In this document: in pieces, positions 52,153-64,000 of the stretch
Layout: every line of letters begins with the position of its first letter
Position numbering within the stretch: the stretch's first letter is position 1
NCBI RefSeq assembly: GCF_018350175.1
Contig: NC_058369.1
Coordinates: forward strand, 22,260,001 to 22,324,000
Source: Felis catus
Lineage: Eukaryota
Reading direction: 5' to 3'
DNA: 64,000 nucleotides
Program-made: the position numbers and the translations under genes
The notes under the pieces: model-generated
The model's database searches: none
What the model was told of the DNA's origin: nothing
The model's input: the letters and a program-made list of their open reading frames with translations, nothing else

Positions 52153-52350
52153 GGGGGTGTCTGGGTCTGTTAAGCGTCTGACTTTGGCTCAGATCATGAT
52201 CTCATGATTCGTGAGTGTGAGTCCAATGTTGGGTTCTGTGATGACAGCTCAGAGCCTAGAGCCTGCTTCAGATTCTGTGTCTCCCTCTCTCTGTCCCTCG
52301 TCCGCTCACACTGTCTCTCTCTCAAAAGTAAACAAACATTAAAAAAAAAA
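52153..52350 (+). mobile_element. Can-SINE
   Basis: Diverged head, CT tract, A10 tail; left TSD AAGTGGTTAACT. Confidence 0.88.
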
Positions 52351-52355
52351 TGGTT

Positions 52356-53000
52356 GGGAATGCAAGCTGGTGCAGCCACTCTGGAAAACAGTATGGAGGT
52401 TCCTCAAAAAACTAAAAACAGAACTACCCTACGACCCAGCAATTGCACTACTAGGCATTTATCCAAGGGATACAGGTGTGCTGTTTCGAAGGGACATATC
52501 CACCCCCATCTTTATAGCAGTACTATCAACAATAGCCAAAGTATGGAAAGAGCCCAAATGTCCATCGATGGGTGAATGGATAAGGAAGATGTGGTATATA
52601 TATATATACAATGGAGTATTACTCGGCAATCAAAAAGAATGAAATCTTGCCATTTGCAACTATGTGGATGGAACTGGACAGCATTATGCTAAGTGAAGTT
52701 AGTCAGAGAAAGACAAAAATCATATGATTTCACTCATATGAGGACTTTAAGAGACAAAACAGATGAACATAAGGGAAGGGAAACAAAAATAATATAAAAA
52801 CAGGGAGGGGGACAAAACAGAAGAGACTCATAAATATGGAGAACAAACTGAGGGTTACTGGAGGGGTTGTGGGAGGGGGGATGGGCTAAATGGGTAAGGG
52901 GCACTAAGGAATCTACTCCTGAAATCATTGTTGCACTATATGCTAACTAATTTGGATGTAAATTTAAAAAAATAAATAATAAAATTTAAAAAACAAATAA
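52356..53000 (+). mobile_element. Younger 5'-truncated carnivore/felid L1 3' fragment
   Basis: Open ORF2 C-terminus QPLWKTVWRFLKKLKTELPYDPAIALLGIYP, G-rich 3'UTR, A-rich tail. Confidence 0.9.
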
Positions 53001-53453
53001 ATACATTTTCCACATTCATACCTAGTTAATAAAATAAATTAGATAATTACAGCTAATTCAGTTTCTCTCGCACTATTTTACTCAAATGAAATTAGATACC
53101 AAATTTAAAATAAATCAGACAATTTTTGACTGTTTAATATTCAAACATATCACTTAAATAAGTAACATGGTTTTTAGAGCTAACTTAGAATTTTTAAAAT
53201 CTGTCCATAGTTTAATCATTTTCGATTTTTTTCATTGATTTATGTCATTCTGGTTGTGTCATAATAAGAAACAATAAAAGGAAATAATAGAAAATTACTA
53301 TTTTAAAATATTACAATTCTACATAAAATATGAGCCTAGAGATTATTGAAAGTAATATATGTAGTTTTGTCATTTATCTTCGGAAATGTAATATGTGCTA
53401 TTTAATATCCGGATAATAATATCTTCCTTCATAGATTAAAAAAAAATGTGGTT

Positions 53454-53670
53454 GGGGCGCCTGGATGGCGCAGTCGGTTAAGCGTCCGACTTCAGCCAGG
53501 TCACGATCTCACGGTCCGTGAGTTCGAGCCCCGCGTCAGGCTCTGGGCTGATGGCTCAGAGCCTGGAGCCTGTTTCCGATTCTGTGTCTCCCTCTCTCTC
53601 TGCCCCTCCCCCGTTCATGCTCTGTCTCTCTCTGTCCCAAAAATAAATAAACGTTGAAAAAAAATTAAAA
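53454..53670 (+). mobile_element. Young Can-SINE (SINEC_Fc-like)
   Basis: TSD ATTAAAAAAAAATGTGGTT. Confidence 0.94.
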
Positions 53671-55036
53671 AAAAAATGTGGTTAACTGATTTTTGACAGT
53701 GTGCCAAGACTACTCCATGCAGAAAGTTTGGTCTTGCATTAAGTTGGACCCTTACCTTATGCCACGTATTAAAATTAAAATAGATAAAAAACCTAAATAT
53801 AAGAACTAAAATTACAAAACCCTTAGATTAAAACATAGGGGAACATCTTCATGACATTGGATTTGGTAATGATTTCTTGTATAAACACCAAAAGCACAGG
53901 CAACAACAACACAATAGATAAATTGGACTTCATCAACATTAAAAACTCTGTGCACCAAAGGACTCCATCAAGAGAGTAGAATGATAACCCACAGAATGGG
54001 AGAAAATATTTGCCAATGATATATCTGAAAAGGGATTAACATCTAGAATATATTTTTTAAAAACTCCTACTATTCAATTACAGGAAAAAACAAACAACCC
54101 AATAAAAAAAGATTGAGCAAACGACTGAAATAGAAATTTCTCCAAAAATATACAAATGGCCAATAACCATATGAAAGATGCTCAACATCACTAAAACAAC
54201 TTAAAGCCACAATAGGATACCACCTCACACACATTAGGATGTCTAAAACAAAATTTTTTTAAAAAAGGAAAGCAACAAGTGTTGACAAGGATGTGGAGAA
54301 ATTGGAGCCCTCGTGCACCATCAGCTGGAATGTAAAATGGCATGGTTACTGCAAAAAAAACGAAACAAAACAAAAAAACACACAAAAAGATAGTTTGGTG
54401 GTTCCTCAAAAAGTTAAACATAGAATTACCTTATGATCTGGCAATTCCACTCCTAGGTATATACCCAAAACAACTGAAAGCAAGGTCTCAGATATTTGTA
54501 CCCCAATGCTTTTAGCAGAATTATTCAAAATAGCAAAAAGGTAAAAACAACATAAATGTCTATCGATAGATGACTGAATGAGCAAGATGTGGTATATACA
54601 CACAATGGAATATTATTCAGCCACAAAAAGGAACATTCTAATACATGCTACAACAAGGATGAATCTTAAAAACTATGTGAAGTGAAGTAATTCTGCCACA
54701 AAAGGACAACTGTTGCATGGTTCCACTTATATGAGATCAATTCATAGAGACAGAAAGTAGATTAGAGGTGACCAGGGGCTAGGGAGAGAGGAAATGGGGA
54801 GTTACAGGCACACCTCCAGGACACTGCAGGTGTGGTTCCAGATCATTGGAAGATCATCCAGATCATAAAGCAAGTATCACAATAAAGTGAGTCAAATGAA
54901 GTTTTTAGGTTCCCAGTGCATATAAAAGTTATGTTTACACTATAGTGCAGTCTATTAAGTATGCAATAGTATTATGCCAAAAAAAATGTATATACCTTAA
55001 TTTAAGAATATCTTACTACTGAAAAATGCTAACCAT

Positions 55037-55270
55037 GGGGTGCGTGGGCGGCTCAGCCGATGATGCGTCCAACCCTTGATTTCAGCTCAGGTCATGATTT
55101 CACAGTTCGGTTTTTGAACTGTGGATTGAGCCCCATGATATGGGGATTGAGCCCCATATCAGGCTCTGTGCTGACAGCATGAAGCCTGTTTGGGATTCTT
55201 CTCTCCCTCTCTCTCTGCCCGTCTCCTGCTTGTGCCCTCTCAAAATAAATAAATATTAAAAAAAATAGAA
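55037..55270 (+). mobile_element. Can-SINE
   Basis: TSD AAAAATGCTAACCAT. Confidence 0.88.
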
Positions 55271-56274
55271 TAAAAAATGCTAACCATCATCTGAGATTTC
55301 AGCAAGTCAATCTTTTTGCTGATGGAGGATCCTGCTGTGTTGACAGCAGCTGACTGATCAGGGCAGTGGCTGCAGATGGCTGGGGCTGCTGTGGCAATTT
55401 CTTTAAGACAACGGTGAAGTTTGCTGCATTGAGTGATTCTTGCTTTCACAAATGATTTCTCTGTAGCATGTGATGCATAGAACTTCTTTCAAAATTGGAG
55501 TCAATCTTCTCAAATCCTGCTGCTACTTTTATCACCTAAATTCATGTGATATTATAATGTGTTTTCATTTCAAAAATCTTCACAGCATCTTCACCTGGAA
55601 TGATTCCAACCCAAGAAACTACGCTCTTGGTTTATCCCTGAGAAGCAATCCCTCATCCGTTCAAGTGTTTTCATGGGATAGCAGCAATCCGGTCCTATCT
55701 TCAGGCTCCACTTCTGATTCCAGTTCTCTTGCTGTTTCCACTACATCTGCAGTAACTTCCTCCACTGAAGTCTTAAACCTCTCAAAGACCTTCATGAGGG
55801 CTGGAATCAACTTCTTCCAAATTCCTGTTCATGTTGATATTTTGACCCTTCCATTAAGTCATGAATGTTCTTAATGGCATCTAGATAGTGAATCCTTTCC
55901 AGAAGGTTTTCAATTGACTTTGCCCAGATCCATCAGAGGAATCACTGTCTACAGCAGCTATAGCCTTATGAAATGTGTTTCTTAAATAATAAAACTTGAC
56001 ATTTGAAATTACTCCTTGACCCATGGATTGAAGAATGGATGTTATGTTAGCAGACAGGAAAATAACACTGATCTTGTTGTACATCTCCATTAGAACTCTC
56101 GGGTGACCAGGTGCTTTGTCAATGAGCAGTAATATTTTGAATCTTTTTTCCTGAGCAATAGGTCTCAATAGTGGGCTTAAAATATTTACTAAACCATGTT
56201 ATAAACTGATGTGCTGTCATCCAGGCTTTGTTGTTCATTTATAGAGTACAGACAGAATAGGTTTAGCATAATTC

Positions 56275-56480
56275 TTTTTTTCTTTTTTATTTACTTTGAG
56301 AGAGACAGTGCGAGTAGGGGAGGGGCACAGAGAGAGGAGAGAGAGAATCCCAAGTAGGCTCTAGGCTGCCTGCCAGTGCAGAGCCCGACGTGGGGCTTGA
56401 ACATACAAAATTGTGAGCTCATGACCTGAGCCAAAACTAAGAGTTGGACGCTTAACCACGGGAGCCGCTCAGATGGCCCA
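56275..56480 (-). mobile_element. Can-SINE (diverged)
   Basis: T-rich tail, GA tract, ATGACCTGAGCC. Confidence 0.82.
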
Positions 56481-56984
56481 GATTTAGCGTAATTCTTCAG
56501 GGCCCTAGTACTTTTGGAATGGTAAATGAACATTAGCTTCGCCTTAAAGTCACCAGCTACATTCACACTAAAAACAGGCAACTTGTCCTCTGAAGCTTAG
56601 AAGCCAGGCACTGACTTCTCCTCTCCAGCTATGAAAGTCCCAGACGGTGTCTTCTTTCAGTGTAAGACTATTATATCTACACTGAAAATCTGGTTAGCAT
56701 AGCCACCTTCATCAATTAGCTTAGCTAGACCTTCCAAAGAATTTGCTGCAGCTTCTACATCAGCACTTGCTGCTTCACCTTGTATTTTTATGTTAGGGAG
56801 ACGGCTTCCTTCCTTAAACCTCGTGACCAAATCTCTGCTAGCTTCCAACTGTTCTGCAGCTTCCTCACCTCTCTCAGCCTTCACAGAATTGAAGAGAGTT
56901 AGTTACAGCCTTACTCGGATTAGGCTTCAGCTTAAGGGAATGTTGTGGCTGGTTCGATCTTCTTTAAAAAAAAAAAAAAAAAAA

Positions 56985-57198
56985 TTTTTTTTTTTTTTAC
57001 ATTTATTTTTGAGAGAGAAAAAGAGAGACAGAGCACAAGTGGGGGAGGGCAGAGAGAAAGGAGACACAGAATTCAAAGCAGGCTCCGGGCTCTGAGCTGT
57101 CAGCACAGAGCCCAATGCGGGGCTCAAACTCACAAACCGCGAGATCATGGCCTGAGCCGAAGTTGGACACTTAACCGACTGAGCCACCCAGGCGCCCC
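56985..57198 (-). mobile_element. Can-SINE
   Basis: Reverse head GAGCCACCCAGGCGCCCC. Confidence 0.92.
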
Positions 57199-57312
57199 AT
57201 GGTTCGGTCTTCTATCCAGACCACTCAAACTTTCTCCATATCAGCAATAAGCTGTTCTGCTTTCTTATCTTTGGTGTGTTCACTGAAGTACCACTTTAAA
57301 AAAAAAAAAAAG

Positions 57313-57530
57313 GTCTTTTAATTTTATTTTAGAGAGAGAGGGCACACATGAGAAGGAGAGAGGGGGAGAGGGGCAGAGGAAGGAAGAGAGAGAAAGAGAG
57401 AGAATCCCAAGCAGTCTCTGTGCTGTGAGTGTGGAGCCCAAAGAAGGGCTCAATGCCACGACCCTGGGATCATGACCTGAGTCAAAATCAAGAGTCAGAT
57501 GCTCAACGAACCGAGTCACCCAGGTGCCCC
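57313..57530 (-). mobile_element. Can-SINE
   Basis: Reverse head CACCCAGGTGCCCC. Confidence 0.88.
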
Positions 57531-60140
57531 TAAAGTAGCACTTTTAATTTCCTTCAAGGGCTTTCTTTGCATTTACAGCTTGGCTAACTGTTTAACTCCA
57601 GAGGCCTACCTTTGGGCCTGTCTCAGCTTTCAACATGCCTCCTTCACTAAGCTTAATCATTTCTAGCTTCTGATTTAAATTGAGAGATGGGACTCTTCCT
57701 TTCATTTGAATACTTGGAGGCCATTGTAGGCTTATTAATTGGCCTTGGTTCAATATTGTTTCGTCTCAAGGAATAGGAAGAAGCAAGGAGAGGGAGAGAG
57801 ACAGGGAAGGGCAGATCGGTGGAGCAGACAGGACACATAAGATTTACAAATCAAGTTCACCATCTTCTGAAGGGATGGTTCGTGGCACTCCAGAACAATT
57901 ACAACAGCAACATCAAAGATCACTGATCACACATCACCATAGCATGATAATAAAGTTTGAAATACTGCAAGAATTACCAAAATGTGACACAGACATGAGG
58001 TGGGCAAATTCTGTTGAAAAAATGGTGCCAACAGACTTGCTTGATGCAGGATTGTCACAAACTTGCATTTGTGAAAAACCCAGATCTACACAGCACCTTA
58101 AAGCAAAGTGCAATAAATCAAGGCATGCCTGTACTCTTTAGCGGGTACAGAACTTCTGTGTGGGGTGAGGAATGTTTTGGAAATGGATAGCAGTGATAGT
58201 TGTACAACATTGTGAATGTACTTAATGCCACTGAATTGTACACTTAAAAATGGTTAAAGTGGTGATTTTTATGGTATGTATATTTTGCCATAATAAAAAA
58301 AAAAAACTGCAAAAAACTCTCCCCTATCACATGCAATACAATTCTGGAGGTTGAGTGACTCAAACCTAGGACTGAGGAAAGTATAAAGAAATCCAGGATA
58401 CTGTCTCTGAGTAGGGTGTACCCAGGTGTTTCCACTTGCACCCGCCATGTTTTGATCTTTAATCTTGGTGACAGACACAGTATGTTGGTATAGCTCCACT
58501 GAACGTCTGAAATAATTAATAATCAAAGTCGACGGGATTAGGAAGCAATGTGGCAGCTTTACCAGGAGGCACCAAGCTTATTGTGGAGAGGTGAAGACAG
58601 GTCCCTTATTCTTGGGGTGATGCCCGGTCACTTACTCTCCTTGACCCCAGTCACTCTAAACCCCACCTCCTACCACAGCTCTGGCTCCAACACCCCCCTC
58701 CACATGCTCCACCATGGAGGGACCTTTAATTGCTCTCAAAGTTCTGGGCCTGGCCTTCAACTAGGCACACATCTCTCCAGCCTCTGGGCAGGGTAGACTA
58801 AACTGGGGCTTATCTGTCTGGTCCCCACCTCTGTTGAAGTTGGGAAAGTCCCTCCAGCGCCTCTGCCTCCCTCCCCCACTGCAACCCAGGATCTGCTGAA
58901 TAATGGAGACAGGAGAGCTCAGGGCACTTGCCCCTCTCACTTCCCCTTCTCAGGATGCATGTGGTTCAGCTCTCCACCCCATACCACGGCCAGGGGTGGG
59001 GCTGGGCTTTCCTCTTCTCTCCAGGCAGGCTTAGTGCCCGTTGCCCCAGGCAGGCTCCTACCTCAGAGCAACACTTCCCTGCTCCTGAGATGCATCCAAC
59101 AGGGGCTGGCTCCCCCCTCCCCTCAGGAGGCAGGCCTTGGGCTGGGGGAAGCAGAGGAGTCAATCAGGCTCCTGGCTCACAGTGTTGGAAGGTGACTGGC
59201 CCTACAACATGCTGACCGTGTGCAAGGGAGTAAGGGGGTGGAGGGAGTGGGGTTGAAGAGGGAGGGCCCACTACCCAAAGGGAACTCCTTGAGGTCGGGG
59301 ACCCCCTAACCCTTAGTGCAGTGTCCTCTCAGGCTTCCAGACTGGGTGGGTAGACAGACCAACAGGAGCTCCCTGGCATGGACGGTGTGGGAAGTGAGGG
59401 CTGGAGTGGGGGTGGAGGTAAGGAGCCAGAGAAAGCCAGGATAGCGTGTGTTCATTTGAGGGTGTGTGTGTGTTTGGGGGGTGGGTGGGGAGTCCTATCA
59501 TGGGTGGGGTAGCATCCAAGGCTTCCTTCTGAGTCTGGATGCCTCTACCCCTGACCTGCTCTGTTTCATGGGACCGACCTTGGCTCTGTCTAGGGCCCTG
59601 TCTGGCCACTCCTGTGGCTCTGAGCAGCAGAGGAAGGGGCAAGCAGAGACTTCTACCCTTCTTGGCTCCCGGTCCAGGGGAGAAGACCCTCATGCCACAC
59701 TCGTCTTCCTGGGGCAGTCGCACCAAGCCACCCCTTCCATCCATCTTGGAGCTGGGCACCTGGTCCCTGTGGCACTTCTGTCTGGGAAGCAAGGCTTTGG
59801 TCAGTTCAGGCCCCAACCCCCAATGCCAGCAATGGACACAGCGGATGGGTCAGGCACAGAGATGACACTCAATGAGGGGCAACAAATATAGGGGCCACCT
59901 CACCCTATTAAGTATCACTATCCAATGAAGTTTCAACCTTCTAGGCTGGGCTTTGTGTGGGTAAAATGAGTAGTGCTCTGAATCTGCCTTTGTCTGACCA
60001 TGAAGCTCCATTAAGCCATGGAACCAGAGTTATAATTATACTAGTAATAATAGGGGTGCTTCACATGGGTCACCACGCACATTGAATCCCCCAGAGACAT
60101 GGATGGGGATGGAGCATGGGGAGGGGGTCTTCTCCTTCTC

Positions 60141-60165
60141 CATCATCATCATCATCATCATCATC
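60141..60165 (+). repeat. (CAT)n microsatellite
   Basis: Direct reading of the sequence. Confidence 0.85.
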
Positions 60166-61669
60166 AACTCACGTTACAGAAATGGACAGAAGCCTGAGGG
60201 ATGGAGCCCCTGGCCTGTTTCAAGCTGGAGGCCAGGACCCATCCCACCACAGGCCTGAGCAACAAAACCACATCACAGGAGCCAAAAAGTCATGGTCAGC
60301 ACATGGAAAGGGTGCAAGGCACCATGTATCCACACCAGGGCTCTGGAGGCCAAGAAGTGGTGAAGGATCAGCTTTCCTGCAGCTTGGCAAAGCCTTCCCA
60401 ATGGCACAACCATCTAACTGCCCAGCCCTGTGGCAGACTGAGGTAAGTGCAGGGTCATGGCCTAGGGTAGGAATCTTGGTCAGAGATGAAACCTGGCTGA
60501 GAGGTGAAGGTCTAGTAAATAACCCTGGGGCGCTGTCTCCTCCCACGGGACCCTCACTACCACCTCTAACCCAGGCCATCCGTGCTCCCCAAGATGGTGG
60601 AATTAGCTTCCTCCGGGCCTCCTGGCTCCTCTTGTCCCAACAGCCCTGCCTAGTCTGCCCCCTGCCCACTCTATCACCTTCCACCCCACCATGAGCCTTG
60701 CTGTCTGGGTTCCAGGTGCACGACCACCCTCCCTTCCTCACCCAGGGCCTCTGCATGTGCTACGCCTCTTTCCAAATATGTGGCCCCACATCCTTTCACC
60801 TGGGCCACTCTTTGCCTTCCCTCAGGCCCCACTCAGCCATTAATTCCTCTGGGAAACCTTCCTGGGCCACTGGCCACATCCACGTGGGACTTCTTGTACC
60901 ACACTTACTGGGATCTCAACAAACTAAGAGTGAGATGAGCTGTCCAAGGCCCATCCCCTGAGACAAGGGCTCTGCAGCCTCACCCCCTGCAACACTGGCC
61001 TGGGGCTGGCATTCTGGAATGCTGGCTGGCCAGACACCTAAGGAGGATGGGCCTACCTGCAGCCTACAACGCCCTGAGCCTGGGCAGTATGAAACACGGC
61101 CACTGAACTCATGCATCTGTGCCAGAGTGGACAGAGGGGCTCACGGAATGTTCTGTGTCCTGACGTGGTGGTGCTCCCCCAGGGGATATAGAGATCAAAA
61201 TTCACCACCGGTACACTTTACTCTATGTATGCTGTAGCTTAATTTTATAAAAATTATGACAAGAAGACACTTCCTCCAAAAGTCAAGTTCTTCTTCCTAG
61301 AAATCTCATCTGTCACATATTGGTGCACAATCAACAAATAAATCAGAAATCCTCTTCTCACTTCTTCAAATGGCTCATCATTTGCTGCTTTAGACAGGAC
61401 CCCAGGCTGCCTGGACAGAACCCACCTGCCCCGGGAACCCCCTGGTACAGCAGCTGTGGCAGGACATAGGGTAGGGCAGAGGCTGGTTGGGATGTGCCTC
61501 AAGCTGTCAGGAAAGCCCCCCGATGGGAGCCTCCGTGCCTGAGGCCACACCAAAGGCTGGGCTTTTGTCCCCAGCTCTGCCAGGACCTGCTACATGACCT
61601 AGGCCCAGGGTTTCCTGCTGTTCCTTAGTAAACACTTGCTGTGTGACTAGTATATAAAAATATATTCAC

Positions 61670-61878
61670 GGGGCACCTGGGTGGCTCAGTCGGTTGGGCG
61701 GTTGGGCGTCTGAATTCTGCTCAGGTCATGATCTCACGGTTCATGAGTTCAAGCCCTGCATCGGGCTCTGTGCTGACAGCTCTGTGCTTCGGATTCTGTG
61801 TCTCCCTCTCTCTCTGCTCCTCCCCTGCTCACTCTCTGTCTCTCTCTCTCTCAAAAATAAATTTAGAAAAAAAAATAT
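61670..61878 (+). mobile_element. Can-SINE
   Basis: Head GGGGCACCTGGGTGGCTCAG; flanks repeat AAAAATATA..TTCAC. Confidence 0.9.
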
Positions 61879-61890
61879 AATTCACTTCAT

Positions 61891-62125
61891 GGGGCGCCTG
61901 GGTGGCTCAGTCAGTTGAACGTCCAACTTTGGCTCAGGTCATAATCTCACAGTTCGTGGGTGCGAGCCCAACACCCGGCTCTGTACTGGCAGCTCGGAGC
62001 CTGGAGCCTGCTTCGGATTCTGTGTCTCCTTTTCTCTCTCTGCCCCTCCCCAGCTCGTGCTCTCTCTTTCTCTCTCTCAAAAATAAATAAACTCAAAAAC
62101 GATTTTTTTTTTAATAAATAAAAAT
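61891..62125 (+). mobile_element. Can-SINE in tandem with the preceding copy
   Basis: Head GGGGCGCCTGGGTGGCTCAG; TTCACTTCA on both flanks. Confidence 0.9.
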
Positions 62126-62487
62126 ACGTTCACTTCAGGAGAGGAGACAGACGTGGAAACAGGCACAGAGGGACAGTGACTTCTCTTACAAGAGCTGGGG
62201 CCAGTATTGCTGAATCTGTCCACCCCACAGACACCTGCCTGGATCAGGCTCCATCATCTCCCCCTGGGACCCTCCTAATGGTTCCTAGCGGCGTCTGTGC
62301 TACCAGGACCCCCACTCCACACCACCTTACAATCTGCTCCCCACACGGTGGCTGAAGGTCAGCTTGGGCCTCACCAAAGTAACTCCACACAAAGAAAACA
62401 AGACGACGAACAACTCCTTTGGGTCCAGAGAGGGGTCTGAAGGGAAGAACACAACACTGCTTACCGTAGAGGCCGCTTTGAGGCAAT

Positions 62488-62864
62488 TGAGGCGTGGAAT
62501 GTGGAAAGGGCCACAGTAACCCCCTGGCTGAATACTGACAGACTCATAAGGTGACCCACCTCAAGATATCTATAGGCCCTAATTAACCAATGGGCTATTT
62601 ACAACCAGGAAGTTGCCAAAAAAAAAGGGAGAATTCCAAATGTCGCCATACCTCCTCTCTTCCCCCTTTAAAAAGAGCCCCCACCCACCGCCTCCTGGCA
62701 GACAGTCTCTCCTCTGCTGTCCTGCCCTGCCGCTCCCTTGTGGTGTATTCAATAAACTTCTATCTCCTTTGTTCTGCCTCAGGTGAAGGCCAAGCCACCA
62801 GCTTCTGATCATCACCCCAGATTTGGGGGGCCCTCAACCAATTAGGAGAGACACCGCACCCACA
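62488..62864 (+). mobile_element. Probable ERV solo LTR
   Basis: TG...CA ends with imperfect 4-bp TSD (CAAT/AAAT); CCAAT (62587), TTTAAAAAG TATA-like element, AATAAA (62751) in LTR order. Confidence 0.6.
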
Positions 62865-62869
62865 AAATA

Positions 62870-63360
62870 CCCTTGCCAAAAAATTCAAACCCGAATCTGC
62901 TCAGATCCACCAATTCGGAGGAAAGTCACAGGAGCATAGGAAAGGACACCCACAGGGCCCATCAACAGAACCCAGGTTAAGGGAAGCTCCATAGATTTCT
63001 TTGAGAAGAGATTCAAGTGCAAAATAAGACAGAAAGTGATGGAAGGAAATCTATGGAATAACGTGTGGATCTTCCTTAGACCCTGGAAATGTGAACACTG
63101 GCTGGATTTTTGAGGAGGTTAAGAAGGGCGTCACTGCTTGTCAGATGTGACAATGGCCCTGTGGTTATGTTGTTTAAAATGACTCTCTCAGAAATACATA
63201 CTAAGAAATAGAAGAAATAGGATTTGGGATTTGCTTTAAAACAACCCAGGGCGTCATGAGGGGGTGGACAAAATAGGATCACAGCTGCTTTGTGATGGAC
63301 ACGTGGGGCTCAGCAAAGGCTCCTGGCTAATTTTGCTGCAAATTTTCCATAAAGAAAAGG
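62870..63360 (+). mobile_element. Old L1MC/ME 3' UTR fragment
   Basis: GTGACAATGG..GTGGTTATG..GGGATTTGCTTTAAA..AATTTTCCATAA motifs. Confidence 0.55.
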
Positions 63361-63561
63361 GTGCTGTTGTTGTTGTTGTCTGTTTTAAATCTCAAATATC
63401 GCCACCAAAGGAGTGAGGGAAAGAAAGGAGGGTAGGCCGGAGAACCCCTCCAGGCAGGGGGCCAGGTCTAGGCTGGAGGGTCCCCAACCATTCCACTGCA
63501 AATGCGTACACATTCTGTGCTCTGTGCAGTTTTCAAGTCTCAGTTAAAAAACACCCACCTC

Positions 63562-63750
63562 GGGCACCTGGGACTTCAGCACAAGTCATGATCTCACTGT
63601 GAGTTCAAGCCTCGGGTGGGCGGGCTCTGCGATGACAGCCAGAACCCATTTGGATCCTGTGTCCCCCCTGTCTCTCCGCCCCTCCCCCTGCTCACTTGCA
63701 GGCACGCGCTCTCTCTCTCTCAAAAATAAATAAACATTAAAAAAAAAAAC
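63562..63750 (+). mobile_element. Can-SINE (internally deleted)
   Basis: TSD-like AAAAAACACCCACCTC / AACAACCCACCTC. Confidence 0.85.
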
Positions 63751-63925
63751 AACCCACCTCACACCCAGATATGGCAGGATTCAGGCCACCAGTGCCAGCA
63801 TACACACTGTTATGGATTGTCTGTGAAAGAGAAGAAAGTCAGAGCTGAGAAACTTCTACAGCAATGTCACACAGTTACTATGTCTGCTGGGTGTCGTCCT
63901 TAAGATAATGGCTTTAAAAAGTGAA

Positions 63926-64000
63926 GGGGGGCGTGGCTCAGTCCGCTCAGGTCATGATCCCACCCTTCGTGAGTTTGAGACCCTGAGCCCGCGTCCAGCT
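63926..64000 (+). mobile_element. Can-SINE 5' part (runs off the window)
   Basis: GGGGGGCGTGGCTCAGTC..CTCAGGTCATGATC. Confidence 0.7.

Larger units (their letters stand above)
54805..58131 (-). mobile_element. Full-length Tigger1-type TcMar DNA transposon with decayed transposase, split by 4 SINEs
   Basis: TA|CAGGCACACCTC ... AGGCATGCCTG|TA (TIRs and TA TSD); transposase remnants [27 protein letters not shown] and [15 protein letters not shown]. Confidence 0.92.
50231..58306 (+). mobile_element. L1MB-like LINE (ORF2 to poly(A)), host to nested SINEs, a young L1 fragment and Tigger1
   Basis: KKSPGQDGFTHGFYQMFK; 3'UTR GAAATGGGGAGTTA|Tigger|CTCTTTAGCGGGTACAG..ACTTAATGCCACTGAATTGTACACTTAAAAATGG..AATAAAAAAAA. 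Confidence 0.85.

Noticed and set aside
59313..60756. Overlapping 140-190 aa ORFs
   Set aside because: Low-complexity GC-rich intronic sequence including a (CAT)n repeat; no coding signature recognised.
42886..64000. tRNA-like A/B boxes and dispersed near-identical repeats (tRNA genes or a CRISPR-like array)
   Set aside because: All are tRNA-derived Can-SINE heads with CT tracts, A tails and TSDs; there is no regular repeat-spacer periodicity.

Overview
Mammalian genomic DNA, almost certainly a felid (young SINEC_Fc-type Can-SINEs). No prokaryotic systems, CRISPR arrays or RNA genes were found. The + strand carries the 3' end of CACNA1D (Cav1.3 L-type calcium channel): IQ-domain exon 41, short terminal exon 42A, exons 42-49 and the 3' UTR (exon numbers follow the Cav1.3 literature). 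Tail-to-tail on the - strand is the complete CHDH coding region (7 coding exons, 1785 nt, 594 aa). The CHDH 5' intron holds a ~20 kb nest of L1s, a full-length Tigger1, an LTR and Can-SINEs. I see no wholly new gene system. The most interesting signals are RNA-level: (1) an intronic ~35-bp complement (1193-1234) of the ADAR2-edited IQ codons, which also covers the upstream signals of the internal IQ-delta splice acceptor; (2) intact alternative C-terminal splice sites; (3) an unusually intact MIR with miRNA seed sites downstream of exon 42A; (4) interleaved poly(A) signals of the two convergent genes; (5) an exact 20-mer shared by a CACNA1D intron and the CHDH 3' UTR; (6) one target site hit three times by retrotransposons, including a probable L1 3' transduction. 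Repeat subfamily names and human comparisons are from recall and need database confirmation.
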